The notes under the pieces are model-generated. The model had not been told where the DNA came from and ran no database searches. It saw only the letters and a program-made list of their open reading frames with translations. A stretch of DNA of 64,000 nt from a virus, in the UHGV virus genome UHGV-1367859. One strand, written 5' to 3'. Numbering within the stretch: position 1 is the first letter of the stretch; each line of letters begins with the position of its first letter. Shown here piece by piece: positions 17,721-27,004 of the stretch. The position numbers and the translations under genes were made by a program.

Positions 17721-17807
17721 GCCCCCTTGGTGGAATGGTAGACACGCTGGTCTTAGGAACCAGTATGAAGTAATAGTAGTGTGAGGGTTCGAGTCTCTCA
17801 GGGGGTA
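17721..17807 (+). tRNA. tRNA-Leu (anticodon UAG), long variable arm
   Basis: Acceptor gccccct/agggggt, anticodon stem ctggt/accag, loop cttagga, T-arm gaggg-ttcgagt-ctctc. Confidence 0.75.
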
Positions 17808-18252
17808 CTGAAATAAGAAATTAAGTATTTATATAACATTGAGTTTTACTGTAAATATTCAGGTGGCGTAATTCATGTTATCATAACCCCTTTACTATTT
17901 GTAAAAGTATGAAATACACAGTTTAGTATAATAAACAGAAATATCAAGTAGACATATCTGATAATAATATAGCTATTTATGATTCCTATAAAATCACTTC
18001 ATTATCTGATATGAGTAGTTTCTCATTCATTTAAAAGCTAGATTTTACCCATACAGTTCTATTAATAACAGAACTATGTTTAGCTTACTTAATGAATGGA
18101 GAACTCACAATTTATTATATTCTCTTGGTGTTCAAAAAGAAAGAACTGCTAGTGTAGACCTGGAGTCTAATCAATCTTGGTATATGACCGTAGCTTATGC
18201 TATATTATCTCCATTTTATTTACACTTTTATTAAAAATTTATTATCAATTTA

Positions 18253-18292
18253 TTTGGTAATTTAAATTATTTTTCATACCTTTGCATTGTTA
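18253..18292 (+). promoter_or_regulatory. Bacteroidetes-type sigma-A promoter dedicated to the suppressor tRNA
   Basis: TTG at 18254-18256, a 20-nt spacer, TACCTTTG at 18277-18284. The tRNA starts about 18 nt downstream. Confidence 0.5.
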
Positions 18293-18301
18293 ATAAAATA
18301 T

Positions 18302-18373
18302 TGCCTCATGGTGTAATGGTTAGCACAGAGGACTCTAAATCCTTTGGTCTCTGTTCGAGCCAGAGTGGGGCGA
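18302..18373 (+). tRNA. amber-suppressor tRNA (anticodon CUA), Gln-like body
   Basis: Acceptor tgcctca/tggggcg, 7 of 7 paired counting GU pairs. D-arm gtg-taatggttag-cac is nearly identical to that of tRNA-Gln(UUG) at 14222. Anticodon stem gagga/tcctt, loop ctctaaa with U33, CTA at 18335-18337, and A37. T-arm ctctg-ttcgagc-cagag. Confidence 0.75.
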
Positions 18374-18706
18374 CTAACTTTAATCACAATGAATAAGGAA
18401 GCTTTAAAATGGTTTATGTCCAATGTAATGCTCTAGCTAGAGCAGATTGACAAAGAGGTAAGTAACTCACTGTTGCAGGATGAACAGTTTGTTCTTGATT
18501 TTTATGATAAATTAAATGAAATAAGTGTTAGAAAATAAAAAAAATATAATTATGGAACAGGTAAAGATACCACACCCTATTGCTAGGATGGTGCTAACAC
18601 AGACTAAAATTATTCTTAATAGCCCCAACAACCAAGACAAAGAGTGGCTCAAAACTTTTAAAGAAGAACTTAATAAACTTATTAATCCTGAGTAATCTTT
18701 AGGAAA

Positions 18707-18779
18707 GCTTCCTTAGTTCAGCTGGTAGAACTACTGTTTTGTACTCAGTATGTCAGGGGTTCGAGTCCTCTAGGAAGCT
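18707..18779 (+). tRNA. tRNA-Thr (anticodon UGU)
   Basis: Acceptor gcttcct/aggaagc, D-stem gttc/gaac, anticodon stem actg(t)/(t)cagt, loop tttgtac, T-loop ttcgagt. Confidence 0.65.
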
Positions 18780-18788
18780 CAAGTAAGT

Positions 18789-18859
18789 GCAGGATTAGTT
18801 TAATGGTAAAATGCCACTCTTCCAAAGTGGATTTGGGGGTTCGATTCTCCTATCCTGCT
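18789..18859 (+). tRNA. tRNA-Gly (anticodon UCC)
   Basis: Acceptor gcaggat/atcctgc, anticodon stem ccact/agtgg, loop cttccaa, T-loop ttcgatt. Confidence 0.7.
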
Positions 18860-18865
18860 CTATAT

Positions 18866-18938
18866 TGTGGGGTGTTAGCAGTGGTAGCTAGTCAGGCTCA
18901 TAACCTGAAGGTCGGAGGTTCGAGTCCTCCTCCCGCAA
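18866..18938 (+). tRNA. tRNA-Met (anticodon CAU); the initiator / elongator / Ile2 distinction is unresolved
   Basis: Acceptor tgtgggg/tcccgca, D-stem tagc/gcta, anticodon stem tcagg/cctga, loop ctcataa, T-arm ggagg-ttcgagt-cctcc. Confidence 0.6.
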
Positions 18939-19111
18939 CTAAATCGAAATATTATGGGAGAAGATATGTATAAGAACGGAAAGATAATGAATGCTGTTGA
19001 AGCTCAGACTATCAGGGAGCTAGCAGATTTTGCCAATGATTATAAGATACCTAGGGAGGATGTGGTTTCAATCCTTCCTTCAAGAGAAGGATATGTAATG
19101 GTTTACTACTA

Positions 19112-19354
19112 TTGAACAACATGGAAGAGAACAAAGAGAATGTAAAGGAACTCACACTACTTAGGTTTGAGGCAGTGTCAAAGTTCAAATCTGTAAAGAG
19201 GGCTTGGAGAAGAGGTCATGTTTCAATTTATGGGTTCATTTACCCAAAGAGACCTTTCAATAACAGGACATCAAGAAAGAACAGCAGGCCCTTTAATGAA
19301 CTTAGAAAGGAGATATATGGGCAACTCAGAGATAAAGGCAGACTTGCAGTCTAA
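19112..19354 (+). CDS. hypothetical protein
   Basis: 80-aa ORF that overlaps the next ORF in another frame. Confidence 0.3.
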   Translation: MNNMEENKENVKELTLLRFEAVSKFKSVKRAWRRGHVSIYGFIYPKRPFNNRTSRKNSRPFNELRKEIYGQLRDKGRLAV

Positions 19355-19541
19355 ATATAATAATGAACCAGTATTCTATTGCAAACATTGCCTATCTCTT
19401 AAAATAAGAGATGCTGGTCTTCCTGACCTACTTTACTGTGATGACTGTGGCTCAGCTGATGTCCTTTCAACAAGTATAGAAGAATGGGAGAAGATGTACA
19501 AAGAGAAATATGGATTTAAGTTTTTAGATAAGGGTTTATAA
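19218..19541 (+). CDS. hypothetical Zn-ribbon protein
   Basis: CKHC ... CDDCG cysteine pairs. Confidence 0.4.
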   Translation: MFQFMGSFTQRDLSITGHQERTAGPLMNLERRYMGNSEIKADLQSKYNNEPVFYCKHCLSLKIRDAGLPDLLYCDDCGSADVLSTSIEEWEKMYKEKYGFKFLDKGL

Positions 19542-19553
19542 TACAAAATAAAA

Positions 19554-19853
19554 ATGGAAGAGAAGAATGAAAAAATGGCTGAACAGCCTACGAGATTTAC
19601 TTATGAACAACTTGAGCAGATTGCAAGTAATCTAAGCACTCAGGTACAACAGCTCGGAGCAAGGCTCCAGGAAGCTAATATGTTCAATATGTTCAAGAGA
19701 CTGGACTACTGCTTCAAGGTACTTGAAGTTGCTCCTACTCTGTCTGCTGCTATGTTTAGCCCTGATTTTGTAGAAAGATGTGCCAAGGAAATTGAGGAAC
19801 TTATGACTCCTCCTACTCCCACACCTACAGAGGAAGAACTTGAAAAGGAGTAA
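19554..19853 (+). CDS. hypothetical protein
   Basis: 99-aa ORF. Confidence 0.4.
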   Translation: MEEKNEKMAEQPTRFTYEQLEQIASNLSTQVQQLGARLQEANMFNMFKRLDYCFKVLEVAPTLSAAMFSPDFVERCAKEIEELMTPPTPTPTEEELEKE

Positions 19854-19858
19854 AAGCT

Positions 19859-20242
19859 ATGATGGGGAAAATGAACAATGTTATTAGAATCCCCACTTCA
19901 TTAAGCACAGGTTTCTTTAGATTTTGGTTTGAGTTCCTTAGACCTTTTCACAATCTTACTGACAGAGAGATGCAGGTAGCTTCCTCCTTACTTAAGAGGA
20001 GATATGAGCTTAGTAAAGTCATCCATGATGAAGACATCCTTGATAAGGTTGTGATGAGTGAAGATACAAAGAAAGTAGTGAGAGAGGGGTGTAACATCTC
20101 TCTCCCCCACTTTCAAGTAATAATGGGGAAACTCAGAAAGAACAAGGTCATCCTTGAGGGCAGAATCAATCCAAAGTTCATTCCAAACCTCACAGAAGAA
20201 CAAGGTTCTTTCAGGTTACTTCTTAATTTTGAACTCAGCTGA
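19859..20242 (+). CDS. hypothetical protein
   Basis: 127-aa ORF. Confidence 0.4.
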   Translation: MMGKMNNVIRIPTSLSTGFFRFWFEFLRPFHNLTDREMQVASSLLKRRYELSKVIHDEDILDKVVMSEDTKKVVREGCNISLPHFQVIMGKLRKNKVILEGRINPKFIPNLTEEQGSFRLLLNFELS

Positions 20243-20514
20243 TGAACTACAATGACCTTGTAACTCAATTATCTAAAGAACTTAACTTACCACCTAGAGT
20301 AGTGGATAAAGTATACAAGTCTTATTGGAAGTTTATAAGGGATTCTATTCAAGGACTACCTCTTAAAGAGGATATTTCTGAAGAGGAGTTTCAGAAACTA
20401 AGGACAAACTTCAATATACCCTCTCTTGGTAAGTTATCATGTACTTATGATAGAGTTAAAAGGGTAAAAGAAAGATATAAATACATAAGAAATTTAAGGG
20501 AGAAGAATGATTAA
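20242..20514 (+). CDS. hypothetical protein
   Basis: 90-aa ORF. Confidence 0.4.
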   Translation: MNYNDLVTQLSKELNLPPRVVDKVYKSYWKFIRDSIQGLPLKEDISEEEFQKLRTNFNIPSLGKLSCTYDRVKRVKERYKYIRNLREKND

Positions 20515-20929
20515 AGTAAAGAAAATAAAGCCAATGTTCACTGCTCTCATTACAACAATGGACTTGTATGAGACAGACTCTCTCACTTCTGGAGGTATCA
20601 TTGACTCTACAAAGCAGAAAGGTACTGTAAAGGAGTATCAGAAGGTAGTTGCAGTTGGTGACTCAGTCAGAGGTATCAAGGCAGGTGACTTGGTTTGCAT
20701 AGATGCTACAAGATTTGCCGTAAAGAAGCATAAAGATAACTCAATAAAGACTGACATTGAAGGAGGCAATCCAATCCTTGAATACAGGTTTGATATTGTA
20801 GAGATGGATGGTAAGAGTTACATGCTTCTTCAAGATAGAGATATTCAATTCATTATTGAAGAGTATGATGAGATTGAGGAACCTAAGAAATCCAATCTGG
20901 TAACAGCTCCTCCTGACATCATAATCTAA
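20507..20929 (+). CDS. GroES-like co-chaperonin candidate
   Basis: The ETDSLTSGGIIDSTKQKGTVKEYQKVVAVGDSV...KAGDLV pattern matches the GroES/Hsp10 mobile-loop and core layout. A strong terminator follows. Confidence 0.4.
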   Translation: MIKVKKIKPMFTALITTMDLYETDSLTSGGIIDSTKQKGTVKEYQKVVAVGDSVRGIKAGDLVCIDATRFAVKKHKDNSIKTDIEGGNPILEYRFDIVEMDGKSYMLLQDRDIQFIIEEYDEIEEPKKSNLVTAPPDIII

Positions 20930-20936
20930 TAATCTA

Positions 20937-20975
20937 AGCCTGTATAGATTAAGTTCTGTACAGGCTATTTTTTTT
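20937..20975 (+). terminator. rho-independent terminator
   Basis: Hairpin gcctgtatagattaagttctgtacaggc followed by tattttttttt. Confidence 0.6.
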
Positions 20976-20979
20976 TGAT

Positions 20980-21645
20980 ATGTACACAGTATATAAACAC
21001 ACCAATAAAGTTAATGGCAAGGTCTACATAGGTCAGACCTCTTTTAATGTGGGAAAGAGATGGAAAGAGGGGAGAGGATACAAAACAGGTATCTTTAAGA
21101 GAGCCATAGAAAAGTATGGGTGGGATAACTTTAAGCATGATATAATAAAAGAAGGACTAACTAAAGAGGAAGCTAATCTGTTAGAGATAACCTTAATTAA
21201 AGAATATAAGGAGCTAGGCATATCTTATAATATAACTGATGGCGGGGAAGGGTCTCTTGGATATAGGCATTCTGAAGAGACTAGAAGAAAAATGAGTGTT
21301 AAAGGCAAAGGTAAAAAGATACCTGAGCATGTTAAGCTCTTAGTAAGTTCCAGATTCAAAGGTGTTCCTCTCACAATAGAGCATAAATTAAAGATAAGTT
21401 TATCCTTACAAGGAAAGCCTAAGTCTGAAGAGGCTAAGCTTAAGATGAGACTTAATCACAGTTATCATGACTTAATTGAAATAGTTAAATGTGATAAAGA
21501 AGGAAATATAATTTGTACATACCCATCAATAGCTGATGCAGCTAGAGATACTGGAGTTTTGGAGACTCACATATCAAGATGTGCTAGAGGTAAAAGACCA
21601 TCAGCTGGAGGTTATAAATGGAAATATAAAAATGAAACTACTTAA
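20980..21645 (+). CDS. GIY-YIG homing endonuclease
   Basis: N-terminal VYKHTNKVNGKVYIGQT (GIY-YIG), the NITDGGEG motif, and C-terminal NUMOD-like basic repeats. Confidence 0.8.
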   Translation: MYTVYKHTNKVNGKVYIGQTSFNVGKRWKEGRGYKTGIFKRAIEKYGWDNFKHDIIKEGLTKEEANLLEITLIKEYKELGISYNITDGGEGSLGYRHSEETRRKMSVKGKGKKIPEHVKLLVSSRFKGVPLTIEHKLKISLSLQGKPKSEEAKLKMRLNHSYHDLIEIVKCDKEGNIICTYPSIADAARDTGVLETHISRCARGKRPSAGGYKWKYKNETT

Positions 21646-22174
21646 ATTTGAAGGTTATAAGGTAATCATATCTCCTGAAGCTTTAGCATTAACTCCTTTT
21701 AAGAAGATATGGAACAGGGACAGGTCTGCAAACAAAAATAGAGCAATAGCCGAGATTTCCTACATATATTTTATGGCTGACCCAAGAAGTGACTATCAGT
21801 ACATTATAGATGAGGAAAGTAGGAAGGCTTCTATTAAGGAAGGTGAAGGCTTACCTAATGACTGGGAGCCTGATAACCTTGTACTTGAGGCAATGGAGTT
21901 CTATAAGACTTTCAAGCCAGCATCTGCATTACTTCTTGAAGATACCAGAGTGGCAGTTGATAAGCTGAGGACTCTATTGAGGGAAATAGACCTTGGTGCC
22001 CTTGATGATAAGGGTAAACCTATCTATACTCTCAATACTATCACTGCAACTATCAAGCAGATTCCTACTCTTGTGAAAGATTTGAATGAAGCTGAAGCAG
22101 CTATTGCCAAGGAAATTGCTCAGAGCAATAAGGTAAGAGGTGCTCAGGAAAAAGCAATGTATGAAGATTTGTAA
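21632..22174 (+). CDS. hypothetical protein (terminase small subunit by position only)
   Basis: The start was taken at the internal ATG 21632 to avoid overlap with the GIY-YIG gene. It lies immediately upstream of the large terminase. Confidence 0.35.
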   Translation: MKLLKFEGYKVIISPEALALTPFKKIWNRDRSANKNRAIAEISYIYFMADPRSDYQYIIDEESRKASIKEGEGLPNDWEPDNLVLEAMEFYKTFKPASALLLEDTRVAVDKLRTLLREIDLGALDDKGKPIYTLNTITATIKQIPTLVKDLNEAEAAIAKEIAQSNKVRGAQEKAMYEDL

Positions 22175-22583
22175 TATGACACTTGAAGATGTAATTGAAT
22201 CACTTAATGTGCATATACTGAATAAAAGAAGAGACTTGCACATCTTGTCAAACAGCCAGGAACACCTTGTTCTACAGAGAGTTATAGAACCTCATCCTAC
22301 ATTTAAGTCATATAAGAGGTATGAGTTTATATTATGGGTGGTTGGTAATGATTCAAAGTATAGATTACTTACTTTGACTAAGCAGGTTAATATGAGTGAT
22401 ATTCCTTCATATGCACAAGAGAGCTTTATTAAAGCTACAGAATCTGAATTTGTTACTGGGCTATTCGGCCTTATTCTAGATGGCAAGTCTTTTAATAAAA
22501 AAGACAGAACAATACTTGAAGATATTATCTATGGAGAATACCTCGGCTATGGAGATGAATGTGTACTAGACCCCCTTGACTGA
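22140..22583 (+). CDS. hypothetical protein
   Basis: 147-aa ORF. Confidence 0.4.
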   Translation: MLRKKQCMKICNMTLEDVIESLNVHILNKRRDLHILSNSQEHLVLQRVIEPHPTFKSYKRYEFILWVVGNDSKYRLLTLTKQVNMSDIPSYAQESFIKATESEFVTGLFGLILDGKSFNKKDRTILEDIIYGEYLGYGDECVLDPLD

Positions 22584-25500
22584 AGAACTCCTTGGGTCTT
22601 TACCTGAGGAAGTCAAGGAGGAGTTATTGGACACTATAAATAGTGTAGAACTTATAAAAAGACTTATCTCTCCTAATAGGGTATATGCTAAGGATAGACC
22701 AAGAGATGAGCAAGGAAGGATTATAGTAGACCTTGCCAATCCTCATATACTTGAGGATATGGATTATTTCAGACAACCAGCCTTACACTTTATGAAGCAT
22801 GGCTGCTATACTTTTCTAAGACCAAATTCTAATCCTAACAGTGAATACAGAAAGCACTGGGATGAGGAGATGAGGAGATGTAGAGAGGGTTATGTAAGGG
22901 AGAGTGATGGAGAATGGGTCACAGGATTCCTTTATTGGTTTCTTAATTACTGTCCCATGATGGTAAATAAGGTAATTTCTGGCACAAGGAAAGCTGTCAG
23001 AGTTGAGTCTTTCCCCTTCTTCTTTGAAGGAATCTATTGGAGATTTCACTATCTTCATCAAGCAAGAGAGGCTGGTAAACATGCCATAGAACTTGCAAAG
23101 AGAGGTTGTGCAAAGTCATATAGTCTTGCAAGTATAATGTCTCACAACCTTATACTTGGTGAATCTACTGAAGTAAAGAGGAGGGTTATTACTGTACTTA
23201 CTGCTTATCAGAAAGAGTATCTTAGTGACAGTAAGGATGGCACACTCTCTAAGTTCAAACCTGGAATTAACTTCTCCTTCAAAAATACTCCATTCCCTAG
23301 GCTCATGTTAAAGAACTCTCCTAATGAGATGGCATGGCAGATGGGCTACAAGGATGAGTTTGGTATTGAAAGTGGGTCATTGAATCAGGTGCTTGCTGTT
23401 TCTGCAAAGGATGACTCAGAGAAGTTAAGAGGTAAGAGAGGTTGGATTCTATTCGAGGAGATGGGTTCTTTTAAGGGACTTCTATCCCTGTATGACATCA
23501 CAAGAAAATCTGTAGAAGATGGTGACTATACATTTGCTACAATGTACCTTGTAGGTTGTGTATGTGCTGGTACTAAGGTATGGACATTAGATGGCAGGAA
23601 TATCAATATAGAGGATTTAAAGAGAGAGGATGGTATCATAGGATTTACAGACTCCTTTGAGTCAGGTACTGAACCTAATATTCGCCTCACAAGAGGGATT
23701 ACCAAAGAACCTATAATGAGTTCTATAAGTATTGCTAAAAAACCATGTGTACTTATTAAACTGAGTAATGGAAATGAACTTAGATGCTCTACAGACCATC
23801 CAATTCTTACTCAGAAACAAAGAATGAATCATAATGGGTCTATAAGGTATTATGAAGAAGTATTCAAAAATGCTGGAGCTTTAAGTGTAGGAGATAGAAT
23901 TATAGAGAGTAGGGAAGTTCCAATATTTGGGACAGATACCATGTTTGACCCTAGATTAGTAGGTATGCTTATTGGAGATGGTTCTTATGGATTAAGGCAA
24001 TCCCCCAAGTATAGTTCTGAGGATAAAGAGCTTTTAGACTATGTAAAGCATAGATATGAATGGTCATTATCTGCTACTCATATTACCAAGAAAGGAAAAA
24101 TATACGAGGATATAAGAATTAAAGGTATTTGTAATAAATTAAGAGAATTAGGTATTTAGGGGCAAGTAAAATCCAATAAAAGGCTTCCTATCAACTATTA
24201 GACTCTTACAAGAGATGATACCTCACTATTGCTATCTGGATTATATGATACTGATGGTAGTATAAGCTTTAATAGAGACGGATATATATCTTTAACTCAA
24301 AGCAATAGGAAAATATTAGAGCAAGTTAAAGTACTGTGGAGAAAATTTGGAGTAGTTGGCACTATTGTGGAGACCAAGCCAAAACTATGTTCTGATAGGA
24401 AAGATAGAAATTCTTGGTTTACTCTATCTATATCAGGGAGACATAATTGTACAAGAGTGTGTGGTGTGCTTCAACTTCTTGTTCCACACAAGAGAGATTG
24501 CCTTAAAAGGATAATGGACTATTATAATAGCAATCCGAGTATGAAGGCTCAAAAATATCCAGAGGATATAATAGTTCACAAAGTTACTTCTGTAGAAGAG
24601 ATAGGTGAACAAGAAGTATATAATTTAACTGCTGGATTAAGTCATACCTACTTGGCTAACAATATAGTAACTCATAATACTGCTGCTGAGGATGAGTCAG
24701 ACTTCAGTTCGGCAAAAACTCTTCTTTACAATCCAGATGGTTACAATATTCTGGCTATTGAGAATGTCTATGACAGACCTAAGCAAGGAAAGCCTACCTT
24801 TGGATTTTTCTTTCCTTCTTATGTAAATAGGGCAGGATGTTACAACAAGGATGGTGTTTCTGATGTAACAAAGGCTCTCATAGAAATTCTGTTGGCAAGA
24901 CACAAAGCTAAATATTCTGCTGACCCTAAGTCAGTATTAAGAGTTATTGCCGAGGACCCAATTACACCAGCTGAAGCTATCATTAAAGTGAAGGCTGCCT
25001 ACTTTCCTACAGTAGCTCTTACTGAGAGATTGGCTCAACTTGACTCAGACCCTCATGCTTTTGATGATGTTTACATAGGTAATCTTGCCCTAGCAAGTGG
25101 TAATAAGGTAGAGTTTAGAATAGGTAATGATGTGCCTATCAGAAAGTATGGAGTTGACAATTCAACAGTAGGTGCTATTGAGATATTTGAAATGCCTGAG
25201 AAACAAGCAAATGGGGATGATTTCAATATGAGATATATTATAGGCCATGACCCTGTGGATAATGATTAGGCAGAGTCTTCTTCTCTTTCTTCAACCTTTG
25301 TACTTGACCTGTTTACTGACAGAATTGTAGCAGAATACACTGGTAGGCAGGCATTTGCAGATGATAACTTTGAGATAGTAAGAATGCTGTGTCTATTCTA
25401 TAATGCCAAGTGCATGTACGAGGCTCATCCATATAGTCAGTCTGTACCAACACCAAATGGTATGAAACTGTGGAAGGATGTTAAAATAGGGGATAAACTG

Positions 25501-26904
25501 TTTTCCCCCACAAAGGGTGAAGTAACAGTAACTAATATACCAGTTGATGAGTACATGCCTATATATAAGGTTAAATTAGCTGATGGCAGAATTGTAGAAG
25601 CTAGTAATAATCATATATGGCTAGTATATAAAGGAACTTCTAGAACTCCTATCGAAATTACTACAGAAGAAATGCTTAGGTCAGGGTTAATAACTAAACA
25701 CAAGCAACATAAGTTTTTTATACCTGAGCATAATGGGGTTGATTATAGTTATAAAGAATTGCTCATAGACCCCTATACTATGGGTTTATTGCTTTCTGAA
25801 GGGAGTCTAACAGGAGGTCATTGTGGCAAAAATTATGTACAGATGTCCTCTTCTAGGGAAGATATGGATTTCTACAAAAAGAATATCCCATATAGAGTTA
25901 ACTATATTGGTAACAAGGGGTACTCTTGGCATATTTATATTCCAGGATGTAGAGATATAATGACTAAATATGGGTTATATGGAGCTACAAGTCACACTAA
26001 GTTCATTCCAAATGAATATCTTTTCAGTAACTATGTTCAGAGAATGGAACTACTGAGGGGAATAATGGATGGAGATGGGTGTGCCAGAACTAGGGGGGCT
26101 AGTGTATTTATTACATGCTCACAGTCACTTGCAAATAATGTATTATCCTTAGCTAGAAGTTTAGGGATGAAAGCATGGCTTCAGACTCCTAAAGAAGGGG
26201 TATATAGAGTGTTGATATCTTCCATATATAAGATATTCAAACTCCCTAGGAAAGTAGTGGAGCAACATACTTATAAGCCTTATAGTAAAGGAAGTAGAGC
26301 CTCAGCTATATTAGGAAAGACTGCGATAGATAGTATTAAATATTCTCACATGGAAATGGGCAAATGTGTCACTGTAGACTCAGATGATGGACTATATATG
26401 ATAGGAGATTATGTAGTAACTCATAATTGTAATAAGAAAGGACTATATGCCTATTTCAATAAAATGAATTGCACACACCTACTGGCAGATACTCCTGAAT
26501 ATTTAAGAGACAAACAGATGATTAAGTATTCTGCCTTTGGCTCAAATGCAAAAGGTATCAATGCGAATGCTACTATCAACAATTATGCTAATAACCTGAT
26601 AAGGGATTGGCTACTTCAGCCAGTTCCAACTATAATAAAGGAGGATGGAGAAGAGAAAGAGGTCAATATTCCAAGGCTCTATTCTCTAAGAAATAGAGCA
26701 TTACTTGAAGAGTTAATTTCCTACACTCCTGAACTTAATGTGGATAGAATCAGGGCATTAGGTATGGTTATGCTGTATAGACAAGAGAAGATTATACTGT
26801 ATAGAGATAATCTTAATGCTAAGGCACAGGAGGAAGTCAGTAGTTCATACTTAGGCAATGATTCTTTCTTCCAAAGGAATTACTCCCAAGGGTATATACA
26901 GTAA
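22576..26904 (+). CDS. terL: terminase large subunit interrupted by two LAGLIDADG inteins; contains 3 in-frame TAG codons
   Basis: The track ORFs at 22576-24159, 24229-25269 and 25384-26904 are all in frame 1, separated only by TAG codons at 24157, 24211 and 25267. Intein hallmarks are C-VCAGTKVWTLDG ... LIGDGSYG ... LYDTDGSI ... VTHN|T, and C... LLSEGSL ... IMDGDGC ... VVTHN|C. The exteins carry a terminase ATPase/nuclease-like sequence. Confidence 0.65.
23557..24678 (+). mobile_element. intein 1 (Hint splicing domain plus LAGLIDADG homing endonuclease)
   Basis: Begins at a Cys (block A CVCAGTKVWTLDG) and ends at ...NIVTHN with +1 Thr. It has two LAGLIDADG-type motifs and contains two in-frame TAG codons. 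Confidence 0.55.
25411..26427 (+). mobile_element. intein 2 (Hint plus LAGLIDADG), N-terminal boundary approximate
   Basis: LLSEGSLTGG and GIMDGDGCA are LAGLIDADG motifs. The C-terminus is DYVVTHN with +1 Cys. The N-terminal Cys could be 25390 or 25411. Confidence 0.45.
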
Positions 26905-26949
26905 ATTTAGCAAAAAAGAGTACTAAGACTTAATATTTTACTTATGGGC

Positions 26950-26990
26950 TTGCACAAGTTAAAGGTTTTGCTTACCTTTGCAGCACATTT
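26950..26990 (+). promoter_or_regulatory. Bacteroidetes-type sigma-A promoter
   Basis: TTG at 26950-26952, a 20-nt spacer, TACCTTTG at 26973-26980. The ATG is at 27005. Confidence 0.5.
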
Positions 26991-27004
26991 AAGTTGAAGA
27001 ATAT

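Noticed and set aside
22576-26904. Reading the three terminase-region ORFs, and likewise 57808-58707 / 58744-59751 / 59752-60594, as separate genes that each end in TAG.
   Set aside because: All the pieces share one frame with no TAA/TGA between them. The intein/extein logic for TerL requires continuity.
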